Assembly: GCA_025061115.1 (NCBI GenBank)
Contig: JANZKC010000001.1
Span: 192,001-256,000 of the forward strand
DNA: 64,000 nt
From: Candidatus Culexmicrobium cathedralense
GTDB lineage: Archaea > Thermoproteota > Methanomethylicia > Culexarchaeales > Culexmicrobiaceae
Direction: 5' to 3'
Below, piece by piece: positions 20,603 through 29,928 of this stretch. The position numbers and the translations under genes are program-made. How positions within the stretch are numbered: the first letter of the stretch is position 1; the number at the start of each line of letters is the position of its first letter. The notes under the pieces are model-generated. The model did no database searches, was not told where the DNA came from, and worked only from the letters and a program-made list of their open reading frames with translations.

Positions 20603-21337
20603 TTAAAAGTCAAATAGCTTTAATGCAATTGAAAATGTCTCCCTAGCTTCTTCAATAGAAGTCACGCCCAATGCTACGCCGGCCAGGCAATTGCTCTTGG
20701 AAGCGAATTCCAAAGCCTCCTTCACGTTCAATCTACCTGCGCCCAAAATCTTCTTCCCAATAACAGGCTTTCCAATTTTACGGTAAATTTCCTTAGCCTC
20801 CACGGGAGATAAGTCCATGAAGAAGCCAGCCATGTTAAATGGAGCTAAAATTACATCGAAGTCAAAGTTCTCCTTAATAAGCCAATTAAGGGTCTTTCCC
20901 GGATAATGAGTGACCAAACCAACTATGGGGAAGAATTTTCTAGCTAAATTTAAGCCTTCCAGAACAGCTTTCCTGTTTAAAGTATCCGTTATTGCTCCAT
21001 GGATAAGCCCAGCGGTTGCATTTAGCTCTCCTAAGCGCTTAATGCTCCCATCAATGTCATCAGACAAAATAGTTCCAATAACCACTACATCCTCATCCAC
21101 CCTCTTAAGTACAGACTTAATTGAAGAGACAACCCAAGAGTATGGAAGTACTTGTATACCTCTAACGTCAAGCTCTATGGATTTAAAAACAATATCTTTA
21201 ATTCTGCTAGGATCCCTGCGAAATGCCTGATAATAAAGATAGGCCCTAGATCCAAATTGGGCAGCTCCAATGAACGGCGAGTTGCCAAGTAAAACTCTAG
21301 GAATTCTATAACCATTAATTATAAAGTAGGAGGACAA
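20603..21337 (-). CDS. Aldo/keto reductase-like TIM-barrel hypothetical protein
   Basis: RVLLGNSPF, GLVTH, APFNMAG, KKILGAG. Confidence 0.6.
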   Translation of the reverse strand: MSSYFIINGYRIPRVLLGNSPFIGAAQFGSRAYLYYQAFRRDPSRIKDIVFKSIELDVRGIQVLPYSWVVSSIKSVLKRVDEDVVVIGTILSDDIDGSIKRLGELNATAGLIHGAITDTLNRKAVLEGLNLARKFFPIVGLVTHYPGKTLNWLIKENFDFDVILAPFNMAGFFMDLSPVEAKEIYRKIGKPVIGKKILGAGRLNVKEALEFASKSNCLAGVALGVTSIEEARETFSIALKLFDF

Positions 21338-21358
21338 TAGCGCACCAAATATGATTTA

Positions 21359-22801
21359 ATGAGAAGAATAATTAAGGTTTTCCAGAAAATCTATGTTGAA
21401 CTCGCCATGAAAACATGCAGGTTCATTAAAAACTTCAACGAACTAATTGAAGTTTCAATTAAGGAAAATGCTGAAGCAAGGCGAATAGCACTTGAACTTC
21501 TTGAAGCTGGACTAGAAGCGGCAAACCCTAAAGAAGCAGTTAAAAAGCACGTTAAATTAGAAGGCGACATCCTCAACATTGGAAAATACAAATACGATCT
21601 AAGCAACATTGGGAGCATATACGTTATCGGTGCAGGAAAAGCTTCAGGAAAAATGGCTGAAGCATTAGAGGAAGTGCTTGGAGAGCGGATAAAGAAAGGA
21701 GTAGTCATCGTACCAAGAGGAGCAAGCAAGAACATTAAGGTAATGAGAATAGAGGTGATTGAAGGCGACCATCCAATTCCAAGCCAATCCTGCATTGAAG
21801 GAGCTCTAAAAATCAGGGAAATCACCGAAGAAGCTGAAAGCAAAGATCTTATAATGGCTTTAATATCAGGCGGAGGCTCATCACTACTAACTCTACCAGC
21901 AGATGAAGTAAGCATTGAAGACGTAATTACAGTTACTAATCTACTACTTAAATGCGGAGCAGACATCAAAGAAATTAACGCAGTAAGAAAGCACATATCT
22001 AAGGTTAAGGGAGGACAACTAGCTAAATGCGCATATCCAGCGAAAATTGCATCTTTAATCATATCAGACGTAATTGGAGACCCAATAGACTGCATAGCTT
22101 CAGGACCAACTGCACCAGACCCAACAACCTACATAGACGCTTACCGAGTGTTAAAGAAATATGAGCTGTGGAATAAGGTACCCCAAAGCATCAGGAAAAG
22201 AATTGAAAAAGGCCTACATGGAGAAGCACCTGAAACTCCGAAAAAGAGCGACCCAATCTTCAATAGAGTAGTAAATTTTATTATTGCAAGCAACTTGAAA
22301 GCCCTAAAAGCCATGGAAGCCAAGGCTAAGCAATTAAATTACAATGCAATAATATTGACATCCCAATTGGAGGGAGAAGCAAGACACGTCGGAAAGGTTT
22401 TTGCCTCAATTATCAAAGAAGCATCAACCACAGGCCACCCAATAAATCCACCAGCCGCAATAATAGCTGGTGGAGAAACAACAGTAACAGTCACCAGTAG
22501 TGGAATTGGAGGAAGAAATCAGGAATTAGCTCTAGGAGCCGCACTCCAAATTAAGGGGCTAAAGGGAATTGCTATTGCAGCCATGGGAAGTGATGGAATA
22601 GATGGGATGACAGACGCAGCGGGAGCACTGGTTGACGGCGAAACCATTGAAGTAGCAGAAAAAATTGGAATTGATCCCCATGCTCATCTTAAAAACAATG
22701 ATTCATATAGCTTTTTCAAGTCCATTGGAGGAAGCTTAATCCTAACAGGCTTAACTGGCACAAATGTCAATGACTTCACAGTTGGGGTAGTTGTAAAATG
22801 A
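21359..22801 (+). CDS. Glycerate 2-kinase (MOFRL/TtuD family)
   Basis: GAGKAS, LISGGGSSL, RKHISKVKGG, SDVIGD, GGETTV, GGRNQE, TGTNVND. Confidence 0.93.
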   Translation: MRRIIKVFQKIYVELAMKTCRFIKNFNELIEVSIKENAEARRIALELLEAGLEAANPKEAVKKHVKLEGDILNIGKYKYDLSNIGSIYVIGAGKASGKMAEALEEVLGERIKKGVVIVPRGASKNIKVMRIEVIEGDHPIPSQSCIEGALKIREITEEAESKDLIMALISGGGSSLLTLPADEVSIEDVITVTNLLLKCGADIKEINAVRKHISKVKGGQLAKCAYPAKIASLIISDVIGDPIDCIASGPTAPDPTTYIDAYRVLKKYELWNKVPQSIRKRIEKGLHGEAPETPKKSDPIFNRVVNFIIASNLKALKAMEAKAKQLNYNAIILTSQLEGEARHVGKVFASIIKEASTTGHPINPPAAIIAGGETTVTVTSSGIGGRNQELALGAALQIKGLKGIAIAAMGSDGIDGMTDAAGALVDGETIEVAEKIGIDPHAHLKNNDSYSFFKSIGGSLILTGLTGTNVNDFTVGVVVK

Positions 22802-22804
22802 GCT

Positions 22805-23206
22805 TCAAGCAATTTTTATCTCACTAACCTTATCGTAAACTTCAATAGTAGCTGAAATTGGCCTAACCACTTTTAATCCTTCAGGAGTCTCCTTAACAGC
22901 ATATTCCAATCTTATCCTGCAAGGCTTGTCTTGAATTTCATACTTACTACCAGCCTCGACAATCTTACTAGCAAACTCCCTCCAAAATTCAGTAGACTTC
23001 TCACGGTCAGCCTTCTCGGCGTTAATAATAGCATAGAAAGCTCGCTTCAATCTAAAGAGAGCACCTCTACCGGTGGGAGAAATTCTCGTAATAACTTGAC
23101 GAGTGGCAATCCTCCCTTCAAGTGCAGCCAATATCTTTTCAATCTGCTCGTCACTAAAACCTTCAGCTTTCAATCTCTTAATAAGCTCCTCCTTAGTTTC
23201 AGACAA
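22805..23206 (-). CDS. Putative DUF2258/ThermoDBP-related nucleic-acid-binding protein
   Basis: RLKRAFYA...helix...CRIRLEY...TIEVY pattern resembles DUF2258; RBS GGTGA with TTG start. Confidence 0.45.
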   Translation of the reverse strand: MSETKEELIKRLKAEGFSDEQIEKILAALEGRIATRQVITRISPTGRGALFRLKRAFYAIINAEKADREKSTEFWREFASKIVEAGSKYEIQDKPCRIRLEYAVKETPEGLKVVRPISATIEVYDKVSEIKIA

Positions 23207-23510
23207 TGCGAATCACCAAAATAATACTATGTGATACATGTATATTAAATATTTACTAAAATTTAGAATAAAATATACTTTCATAATATACCCATATTAA
23301 ATGATGCTGCAAAAATCATCAAGCTAGAATATAAATCACTATACATACTTCAAGTTCAGTAAGGCTAAGAAAAACTCACATCAAATGATTATAAAAATTC
23401 ATATAAATCTAATTTAAATAAAATCACTTAAACAGATTTATCAATAATTGGTATGGCATTTCATCTCGATCTAGGAAACTAAATAATTAAAAGATTATTG
23501 GAGCGATTTT

Positions 23511-23564
23511 CGGTCAGCTGTCCTGGCCATCCTCATCAATCGGCGTTCCAGCGCTCATCATCAA
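23511..23564 (-). ncRNA. Box C/D methylation-guide sRNA
   Basis: Minus strand: C ATGATGA (23561-23555), guide GCGCTGGAACG, D' CCGA, C' TTGATGA, guide GGATGGCCAGGACAG, D CTGA (23517-23514); GC-rich patch inside AT-rich intergenic DNA. Confidence 0.8.
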
Positions 23565-23587
23565 ACTAATATAGCGCATAATGGAAG

Positions 23588-24802
23588 TTAAGCTTTAGCC
23601 AACTTGGAAAGCTGCTCCTTTCTTTCAATTAGCTCCTTCTTTGCCTCATCAATTAATTTGGGATTAATAATTAAATCTAGAGCGGTCAGAGCTAAGACTT
23701 TAACACCTACGATTAACCCTTCATGCCCAAGCTCCGAACCTGCTGCCTTGGCAAATTCTGCTGAATGGCCTGGAGTTCCTTCAGGACATATTTTAATGAG
23801 AATTTCAATTGCCGGTATTAATTGACTTACGTTTCCAAAATCGGTTGAACCTTTACCTCTACGCTTGCTTAGCTCTTCAATCGACTCGAACTCAACACCC
23901 AAGAACTTAAAGTTTTTGAAGGCAATTTTTGCAAGAACCTCATTTGGAATTATATTTGCATAGGTGTTTGCAGTTTTGGTAAACTTCATTTTTGCACCAG
24001 TTTGAAGAGCAGCACCTTCAGCGCACTTCTTTATTTTTTCAACAACTTCCATCAGGTACTCCACGGTTTCAGCTCTAGCATAAAATCTTCCAGACGCGTA
24101 GTCTGGAACAATATTTGGAGCATCGCCTCCCTTCTCGATTATGCCATGTATCATTGCATCCTTCTTCAAGTGCTGCCTAAGCGCATTTATTGAAACGAAC
24201 GTTAGTATCAATGCTTCAAGCGCATTTACTCCTTTATGAGGAGCTCCTGCTGCATGAGCAGCTTTACCAAAAAACTCTATTCTAAATGCTTCACGAGCAA
24301 GTGAAGAGCATGCAACCGAGTTAGTGTCGCTTGGATGTATCATTAAAGCTACATCTGCTTTGGCAATCTCATCAAGCATTATCACTTTTCCACCGGCATT
24401 TTCAACATAGCCCTCCTCGGCTGGAGTGCCGAAAACAATTATTTCACCATTAAAGTTCTCCATAACCTTGCTGAGAGCTATGGCTGCGCCAATAGCGGAA
24501 GTACCAATAATGTTATGGCCACATGCATGGCCAAGCTTGGGCAAAGCATCGTACTCTGCTAGGAATGCTATTTTAGGGCCATTGCCCCTCCCATAGTAAG
24601 TTGCCTTAAAGGCTGTTGGTAAGCCGCAAATCCCCATTTCAACTTTAAATCCATGTTTTCCAAGCTCAGAAGCCAGCAGCTTGGAAGCTTTATATTCCTT
24701 AAAGCCAAGCTCGGGATTCTTGTGAATTTCACTGCTAATTTCAATAAGTCTTTCTCTCATGGAGTCAATTATGCTACAAATCATCTCCTTCAAATCTGCC
24801 AT
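23588..24802 (-). CDS. M20 amidohydrolase (AbgB/ACY1L2-like)
   Basis: PELGFKE, AEYDALP, HACGHN, GTPAEE, HAAGAP, GSTDFGNVS. Confidence 0.93.
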   Translation of the reverse strand: MADLKEMICSIIDSMRERLIEISSEIHKNPELGFKEYKASKLLASELGKHGFKVEMGICGLPTAFKATYYGRGNGPKIAFLAEYDALPKLGHACGHNIIGTSAIGAAIALSKVMENFNGEIIVFGTPAEEGYVENAGGKVIMLDEIAKADVALMIHPSDTNSVACSSLAREAFRIEFFGKAAHAAGAPHKGVNALEALILTFVSINALRQHLKKDAMIHGIIEKGGDAPNIVPDYASGRFYARAETVEYLMEVVEKIKKCAEGAALQTGAKMKFTKTANTYANIIPNEVLAKIAFKNFKFLGVEFESIEELSKRRGKGSTDFGNVSQLIPAIEILIKICPEGTPGHSAEFAKAAGSELGHEGLIVGVKVLALTALDLIINPKLIDEAKKELIERKEQLSKLAKA

Positions 24803-24883
24803 CCATCAACCCTCCGCCAATTTGGGTTAAAAATTATTTTTAAACATACGTAAAAAATTTGTGCAAGCCAACTATTAGCAGCT

Positions 24884-25594
24884 TTAAATTGGCGAAAGCA
24901 AGTATAGCAATTTAGGTAGCTCAGCAACGCTATTTAGAATGTAATCTGCGCCAGCAAGCATCAGCTCCTCAGCACTTCTCACACCAGTTTTAACGCCAAC
25001 AAAAATTGCTCCAACCTTTTTAGCGCACTCAGCATCAAGAACGCTGTCGCCAACAACAATAACTTCGCTTGGAGATAATCCTATTAATTGAATTGCCTTC
25101 ATGAGGTGCTCCGGGTGAGGCTTCAAGTGTTTGACATCATCTCTAGTCACTATTGCGTCGAAGTATCTAGCCAGATTGAAGCGATCTAGAACCTTCATTG
25201 CAGGGCGCTTGCCACAAAGAGTATATAAAGCAACTTTAAAGCCATGCACCTTAACGTAATCTAAAACCTGTACAACACCATCAATTAATGAAAGCCTTTC
25301 AGCAGCATCCACTTCATATCTCTCAATTACCTCATACATACTGTCTATAAGGCTCGTAATCCGATTCTTTGGAAGCTGGATGCTATTAGCAAGATACATA
25401 GCTTTTTTGACAATGGCCCAAACTCCATCGGAATCGGATAGAGAGGATGTGGGCAAACCAAAATTTCTAATTAAGCTTAGTAAATCCCGCTTAAGTGCAT
25501 CCCTATCAATCGAGTAGTAGACCAAAGTACCGTCGAGATCGAATACCACGCCGCGCATCTGCATAATTAATCTCCAAATCAAATTACATTCCAA
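24884..25594 (-). CDS. HAD-superfamily hydrolase (phosphoglycolate phosphatase-like)
   Basis: FDLDGTL, KPHP, VGDSVLD. Confidence 0.9.
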   Translation of the reverse strand: MECNLIWRLIMQMRGVVFDLDGTLVYYSIDRDALKRDLLSLIRNFGLPTSSLSDSDGVWAIVKKAMYLANSIQLPKNRITSLIDSMYEVIERYEVDAAERLSLIDGVVQVLDYVKVHGFKVALYTLCGKRPAMKVLDRFNLARYFDAIVTRDDVKHLKPHPEHLMKAIQLIGLSPSEVIVVGDSVLDAECAKKVGAIFVGVKTGVRSAEELMLAGADYILNSVAELPKLLYLLSPI

Positions 25595-25732
25595 GCCTTA
25601 AAGTTTGTGGCGGACGCATTAACATCCGCGAGGTTGTCAGCGCTATTACATTATTATTTTAATTTAAGAAATAAGCTTGAAAACATAAACATCAACAATG
25701 ATCATTTTCAACTTTGATTCCATGAAGTCCAC

Positions 25733-26575
25733 CTAAATGCTGGACAAAACTTTTTGCAGAAAAGAGAAACTGCGAGCTGCAACATCAACATTCCTTCCAG
25801 GAACATATCCCTCAACTATAATAAATCCCTTGAAATTGCGTGCCCTAAGCTCGCTAAAAATTAAATTGAAGTTCAAATTCCCCTCACCAAGAGGTAGGTG
25901 AACTTCAGTACTTGTCGTATCACTAACATGTAAGTGAGTTATTTCTACATCCAGCTGCTTTATGTAATCCTCAGGGCTCATAACAGTACTTGCATGAGCA
26001 ACATCAAGCGCTAAGCCAACTTCAGCTCCACTGAGATCTTCTACCTGCTCGATCAGCTCGTTAATTTCATTTGGACCTGAAAATGTAAAATACCTCGATG
26101 TCGATTCAATGTTCTCAATTGCAATCTTCATGCCCTTATCAGCCGCGTACCTCACAACTTCTACCAATCCTCGAATAGCCAGCCTTTCTACATCTCGATC
26201 AGACATAGTACTGGAAGAAGCTTTTCCTGGATGAACCACAACGACTTCAGCATTAAGCAGTGAAGCTAGAATTACCGCTGCTTTAGCATACTGAATCGAC
26301 AGTCTTTGAACATGCGGATTTATGCTTGCCAAATTCAAATCCCATTGAGCTGCATGAATAGATGGTCTTAAATTTAATTCAATTAATTTTAATCTTAAAT
26401 TTTCAACTAAATTTAAATTTACTTTTAAAGGATCTAATATCATGGGCTCAGCCCACAACTCGAAGGCAGAATACCCTATTTGCGCAGCTGTACTGATAGC
26501 TCGAACAAGCCCTAAATCCCACAATACATTTTGAGAAACACCAATTACATATTTGCTCAACTCGCGCGCACCCAC
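25733..26575 (-). CDS. Sugar phosphate isomerase/epimerase (AP_endonuc_2 TIM barrel)
   Basis: HA..DLNLAS, VVHPG, IEN, LDVAH, HLHVSD, HLPLGEG. Confidence 0.85.
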   Translation of the reverse strand: MGARELSKYVIGVSQNVLWDLGLVRAISTAAQIGYSAFELWAEPMILDPLKVNLNLVENLRLKLIELNLRPSIHAAQWDLNLASINPHVQRLSIQYAKAAVILASLLNAEVVVVHPGKASSSTMSDRDVERLAIRGLVEVVRYAADKGMKIAIENIESTSRYFTFSGPNEINELIEQVEDLSGAEVGLALDVAHASTVMSPEDYIKQLDVEITHLHVSDTTSTEVHLPLGEGNLNFNLIFSELRARNFKGFIIVEGYVPGRNVDVAARSFSFLQKVLSSI

Positions 26576-26729
26576 CTAACCGCTTTAAATAAATAATTGG
26601 TTAATCTAATCTTAGAAGATGCATATAAGCAGATAATTATTCTTCAAAAAAAGAGTAATGCATAAATTAAGTTACAATTAAATTTTAATATTTAGAATAC
26701 CTTATAGATTAAAATTTGAAAGTAAAATT

Positions 26730-26748
26730 TTTTAGGTAGAACCGAAAA
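26730..26748. promoter_or_regulatory. Putative DtxR/MntR/TroR operator
   Basis: Imperfect palindrome TTTTAGGTAGAACCGAAAA, 11 bp upstream of the DtxR-family gene; resembles TTTAGG-N-CCTAAA boxes. Confidence 0.6.
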
Positions 26749-26759
26749 GAATTCATGAA

Positions 26760-27167
26760 ATGAACATCACGAAAAGGGAAGCTGAATATCTACTAATGCT
26801 TTTCAAGGAGGAGGCTTACTGCAGCAAGTACATTAGCAGCGTTAAGGTAGCTAAGAAGCTACAAGTAGCACCTTCAACTGCAGTTGAAGCACTTAAAAAG
26901 CTCGCTGAAAAAGGATTTGTCAAATACATTAAGAGAAGAGGAGTACAATTAACTTGCGAAGGACTAAAAATTGCAAGAAAACTTGTGAGAAGACATAGAA
27001 TTCTCGAAGTTCTAATCGTGAAAATCGCAGAAGTAGATGTTGATACTGCCTGCTCTATGATTAGGGGATTAGAATTTGAAGTTAACGATGAATTGATGGA
27101 ATTACTCAATGATGCCCTTGGAAAACCGCGATGCTGCCCTCATGGCTACGAAATTCCAGAGGTGTAG
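26760..27167 (+). CDS. DtxR/MntR-family metal-dependent repressor
   Basis: EYL, VAKKLQVAPSTAVEALKKL, RRHRILE, CPHG. Confidence 0.92.
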   Translation: MNITKREAEYLLMLFKEEAYCSKYISSVKVAKKLQVAPSTAVEALKKLAEKGFVKYIKRRGVQLTCEGLKIARKLVRRHRILEVLIVKIAEVDVDTACSMIRGLEFEVNDELMELLNDALGKPRCCPHGYEIPEV

Positions 27168-27170
27168 ACA

Positions 27171-28193
27171 ATGCGCTTACAAGCTTCAATACTATTAACT
27201 TCATTAATATTAATTGCAACACTCCAATCCACCATAATCTACGTACAGTGCATCAACAATAAACTAATCATAGTAACTTCAATTGAAACGCTCTCACTCA
27301 TAGCCAAGGAAATTGGCGGAGATAAACTTGAAGTGCACACCCTACTTCCAGAAGAAGCGGAGCCTCATGCAATTCAATTCACCCCAAAAATGCTTGAGTT
27401 AATTCGCAATGCTTCACTTCTCATTCTAACTGGTCATTTTGAATTTGAAAATGAATTAATATCCACAGTGAATATCCCATACGTCTCTCTAAACGACTAT
27501 GTAGCTCACGGCTTGAAATTGTTAGAAATTCCTGATAATGGAATTAACGTGCATGGATACTGGCTTCACCCAACAAATGCCATTGCCATTGCCGAAGCAA
27601 TAGTAGAAAAACTACGTAAAATAGATCCAGTTAATGGAGACTATTATACAATGAAATTAAATGAATTTAAATTGAGAGTAAACAAGTTTCTTAGCAACGT
27701 AAATTCAAGCTTAATTGAAAATTATGGGCTTAATTGGATTGAAGTTGTAGTAGCATTTCCCGCAGCCCAGTACGTTCTTGAAGCTCTTCAAATGAAAATT
27801 GGAGCTTTTCTAAGTAAAGGCCATGAAGCCTTTGTCGGAGGAAGCGAGCTTGCGAGAATTGAAGAGAAACTGAAGAGGAGAGAATATAAACTCATAGTAT
27901 GCCCGGACATCATCATGAAAACACAGCTCAGCGATTATGTCAAGCAAATATCTAAGGACACTGGAGCTCCAATAGCATTAATAAAAACCATTGGAGGCAA
28001 AGAATTTACTTCATATGTTGAATTAATTTCATATAATTTTGGAGTCATAATTGGAGCTCTATCTGCAAGCAGCTTCGCAGAACCAAGTGAAGCAAGAGGA
28101 TTCACCCATCTGGATGTAATGCTCATAATTGTATCTTTAGTACTTGCAATAATCGCTACGATCGAAGCATGGGTGATAATTGGGAGGATTTAA
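27171..28193 (+). CDS. Zn/Mn ABC transporter substrate-binding protein (ZnuA/TroA), C-terminally anchored
   Basis: Signal peptide, EPH, NVHGYWLHP, C-terminal TM helix. Confidence 0.88.
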   Translation: MRLQASILLTSLILIATLQSTIIYVQCINNKLIIVTSIETLSLIAKEIGGDKLEVHTLLPEEAEPHAIQFTPKMLELIRNASLLILTGHFEFENELISTVNIPYVSLNDYVAHGLKLLEIPDNGINVHGYWLHPTNAIAIAEAIVEKLRKIDPVNGDYYTMKLNEFKLRVNKFLSNVNSSLIENYGLNWIEVVVAFPAAQYVLEALQMKIGAFLSKGHEAFVGGSELARIEEKLKRREYKLIVCPDIIMKTQLSDYVKQISKDTGAPIALIKTIGGKEFTSYVELISYNFGVIIGALSASSFAEPSEARGFTHLDVMLIIVSLVLAIIATIEAWVIIGRI

Positions 28194-28194
28194 T

Positions 28195-28989
28195 ATGGAT
28201 AATAAAATCATAGTCAAGAATTTAACCATAAAATATGGAGACTTTAAAGCATTAGAAAACGTGAGCTTTAAAGTTCAATTACCCAAATTCGTAACCATAA
28301 TGGGTCCAAATGGAGCAGGTAAAACGACGCTATTAAAGGCGCTAATAGGGCTAATCAAGCCGAGCAATGGAAGCATCAGCGTTCTCGGATACGACCCAAT
28401 AAAAGATGGATTTAAGCTTAGAAAAATCATAGGCTACGTGCCGCAGAGGGAAAGAATTGAAACGACAATTCCAGTTAAAGTTAAAAGCGTAGTCTTAATG
28501 GGGCTAATCTGCAAGAAAAGCATTCCGAGAATTCCATCAAGCAAAGACATAACAGCAGCAAAAAATGCACTAGCCAAAGTTGAACTTCAAGACCTATGGA
28601 ATAAGCGGTTTTCAGAGCTCTCTGCAGGACAGCAGCAAAGAGTACTCATCGCTAGAGCACTAGCGTCAAATCCAAAACTACTTCTACTAGATGAACCGCT
28701 AACAGCCATCGACGTTAAAAGCCAGTGGGAAATACTTGAAACCCTTAAGAAACTTAAAGATGAGCATAACATTGGAGTGATAATGGTTACTCACGACATA
28801 AATCCAGTAGTGGAATACACGGATGAAGTAATGTTACTAAATAGGAAACTAATTGCACACGGCAAGCTGCAAAATGTACTGACCAATGAAAAATTAAAAG
28901 AAGCTTATGGTCCAAACGTTAGAGTTGTAGTCTCAGGAGAGCTCTGCTACGCTATTATAGGTGATGTTCATGCTAGACATGTTAGTTAA
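28195..28989 (+). CDS. Zn/Mn ABC transporter ATP-binding subunit (ZnuC/TroB)
   Basis: GPNGAGKT, IGYVPQ, LSAGQQQR, LLLDEP, VTHD; start ATG 28195 after GGAGG. Confidence 0.92.
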   Translation: MDNKIIVKNLTIKYGDFKALENVSFKVQLPKFVTIMGPNGAGKTTLLKALIGLIKPSNGSISVLGYDPIKDGFKLRKIIGYVPQRERIETTIPVKVKSVVLMGLICKKSIPRIPSSKDITAAKNALAKVELQDLWNKRFSELSAGQQQRVLIARALASNPKLLLLDEPLTAIDVKSQWEILETLKKLKDEHNIGVIMVTHDINPVVEYTDEVMLLNRKLIAHGKLQNVLTNEKLKEAYGPNVRVVVSGELCYAIIGDVHARHVS

Positions 28990-29827
28990 AAATCCATTCC
29001 TACTAAGAGCCATAATTGGAGTTGTATTAGCATCATTTGCTTCAGCTACAATGGGATCATTCACAGTGCTAAGAGGAATAACATTTCTAACTGCAGAAGT
29101 AGCTCACGCAGCTCTTGGAGGAGCAGCCTTAGGAGTATTCCTACAAAGCTCAGGAATAGCGCCATGGATAGACCCATTTTACGTAGCAACAATATTCGCA
29201 GTTGTAACAGCAATTCTCACCGGATATGCTGGAGAAAGAGGACACACCATCAAGATGGAAACCGCAATAGGAGTAGCCTTTGCAGTGAGCATGTCACTTG
29301 CAGTCACAATGGTGGGGCTAATACCATCAGAAAAGCTGCCAAAAATCTGGGGATACCTAATTGGAGATGTACTCCTACTCACATACGACGACATCCTCTC
29401 ACTACTCATCATAACCATAGCAGTTGTTATTTTAACGACGCTATTCTGCAAAGAATTCTCATACATATCCTTCGACATTGAGGGAGCAGCTGCAGCCGGC
29501 TTAAACGTCAAGGCATATCATTATGCGATGATAATTCTATCAGCACTAGCAATTGTAGTCTCAACCAAAACTGTGGGATCAATACTGGTCTACGCATTCA
29601 TGGTTGCGCCAGCAGCAACAGCCTTAGAATTAGCTTCAAACGTGCCGAGCGTAATGATAATATCACTTCTACTCTCACTAACATGCGGACTAGCTGGAAT
29701 TGCAATATCATTTACAGTTAACTTAGCTCCAAGCGGAATAACTGGACTTCTCCTATCAGCAATTTATATAATAACAATATTTACAGCACCATTAGCAAAG
29801 AGAGCTAAAGCAAGACTTCACAAATAA
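28970..29827 (+). CDS. Zn/Mn ABC transporter permease (ZnuB/TroC)
   Basis: AHAALGG, YLIGDVL, SFD, VGSILV, APAA; overlaps the ATPase gene. Confidence 0.92.
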   Translation: MLDMLVKNPFLLRAIIGVVLASFASATMGSFTVLRGITFLTAEVAHAALGGAALGVFLQSSGIAPWIDPFYVATIFAVVTAILTGYAGERGHTIKMETAIGVAFAVSMSLAVTMVGLIPSEKLPKIWGYLIGDVLLLTYDDILSLLIITIAVVILTTLFCKEFSYISFDIEGAAAAGLNVKAYHYAMIILSALAIVVSTKTVGSILVYAFMVAPAATALELASNVPSVMIISLLLSLTCGLAGIAISFTVNLAPSGITGLLLSAIYIITIFTAPLAKRAKARLHK

Positions 29828-29928
29828 ACGAAAAGAAAGCCGCAAAGCCAATCAAAGCATCTATATAAGCTTTACTAAGTAAAATTTATACCTCACATCA
29901 ATTCGAAACAGCATAAAGGGGGAAGCAA

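Noticed and set aside
21391-22095. 234-aa minus-strand ORF
   Set aside because: Antisense shadow of glycerate kinase; no motifs
23210-23500. Long AT-rich intergenic region as a replication origin
   Set aside because: No ORB repeats or G-strings and no cdc6/orc1 gene nearby
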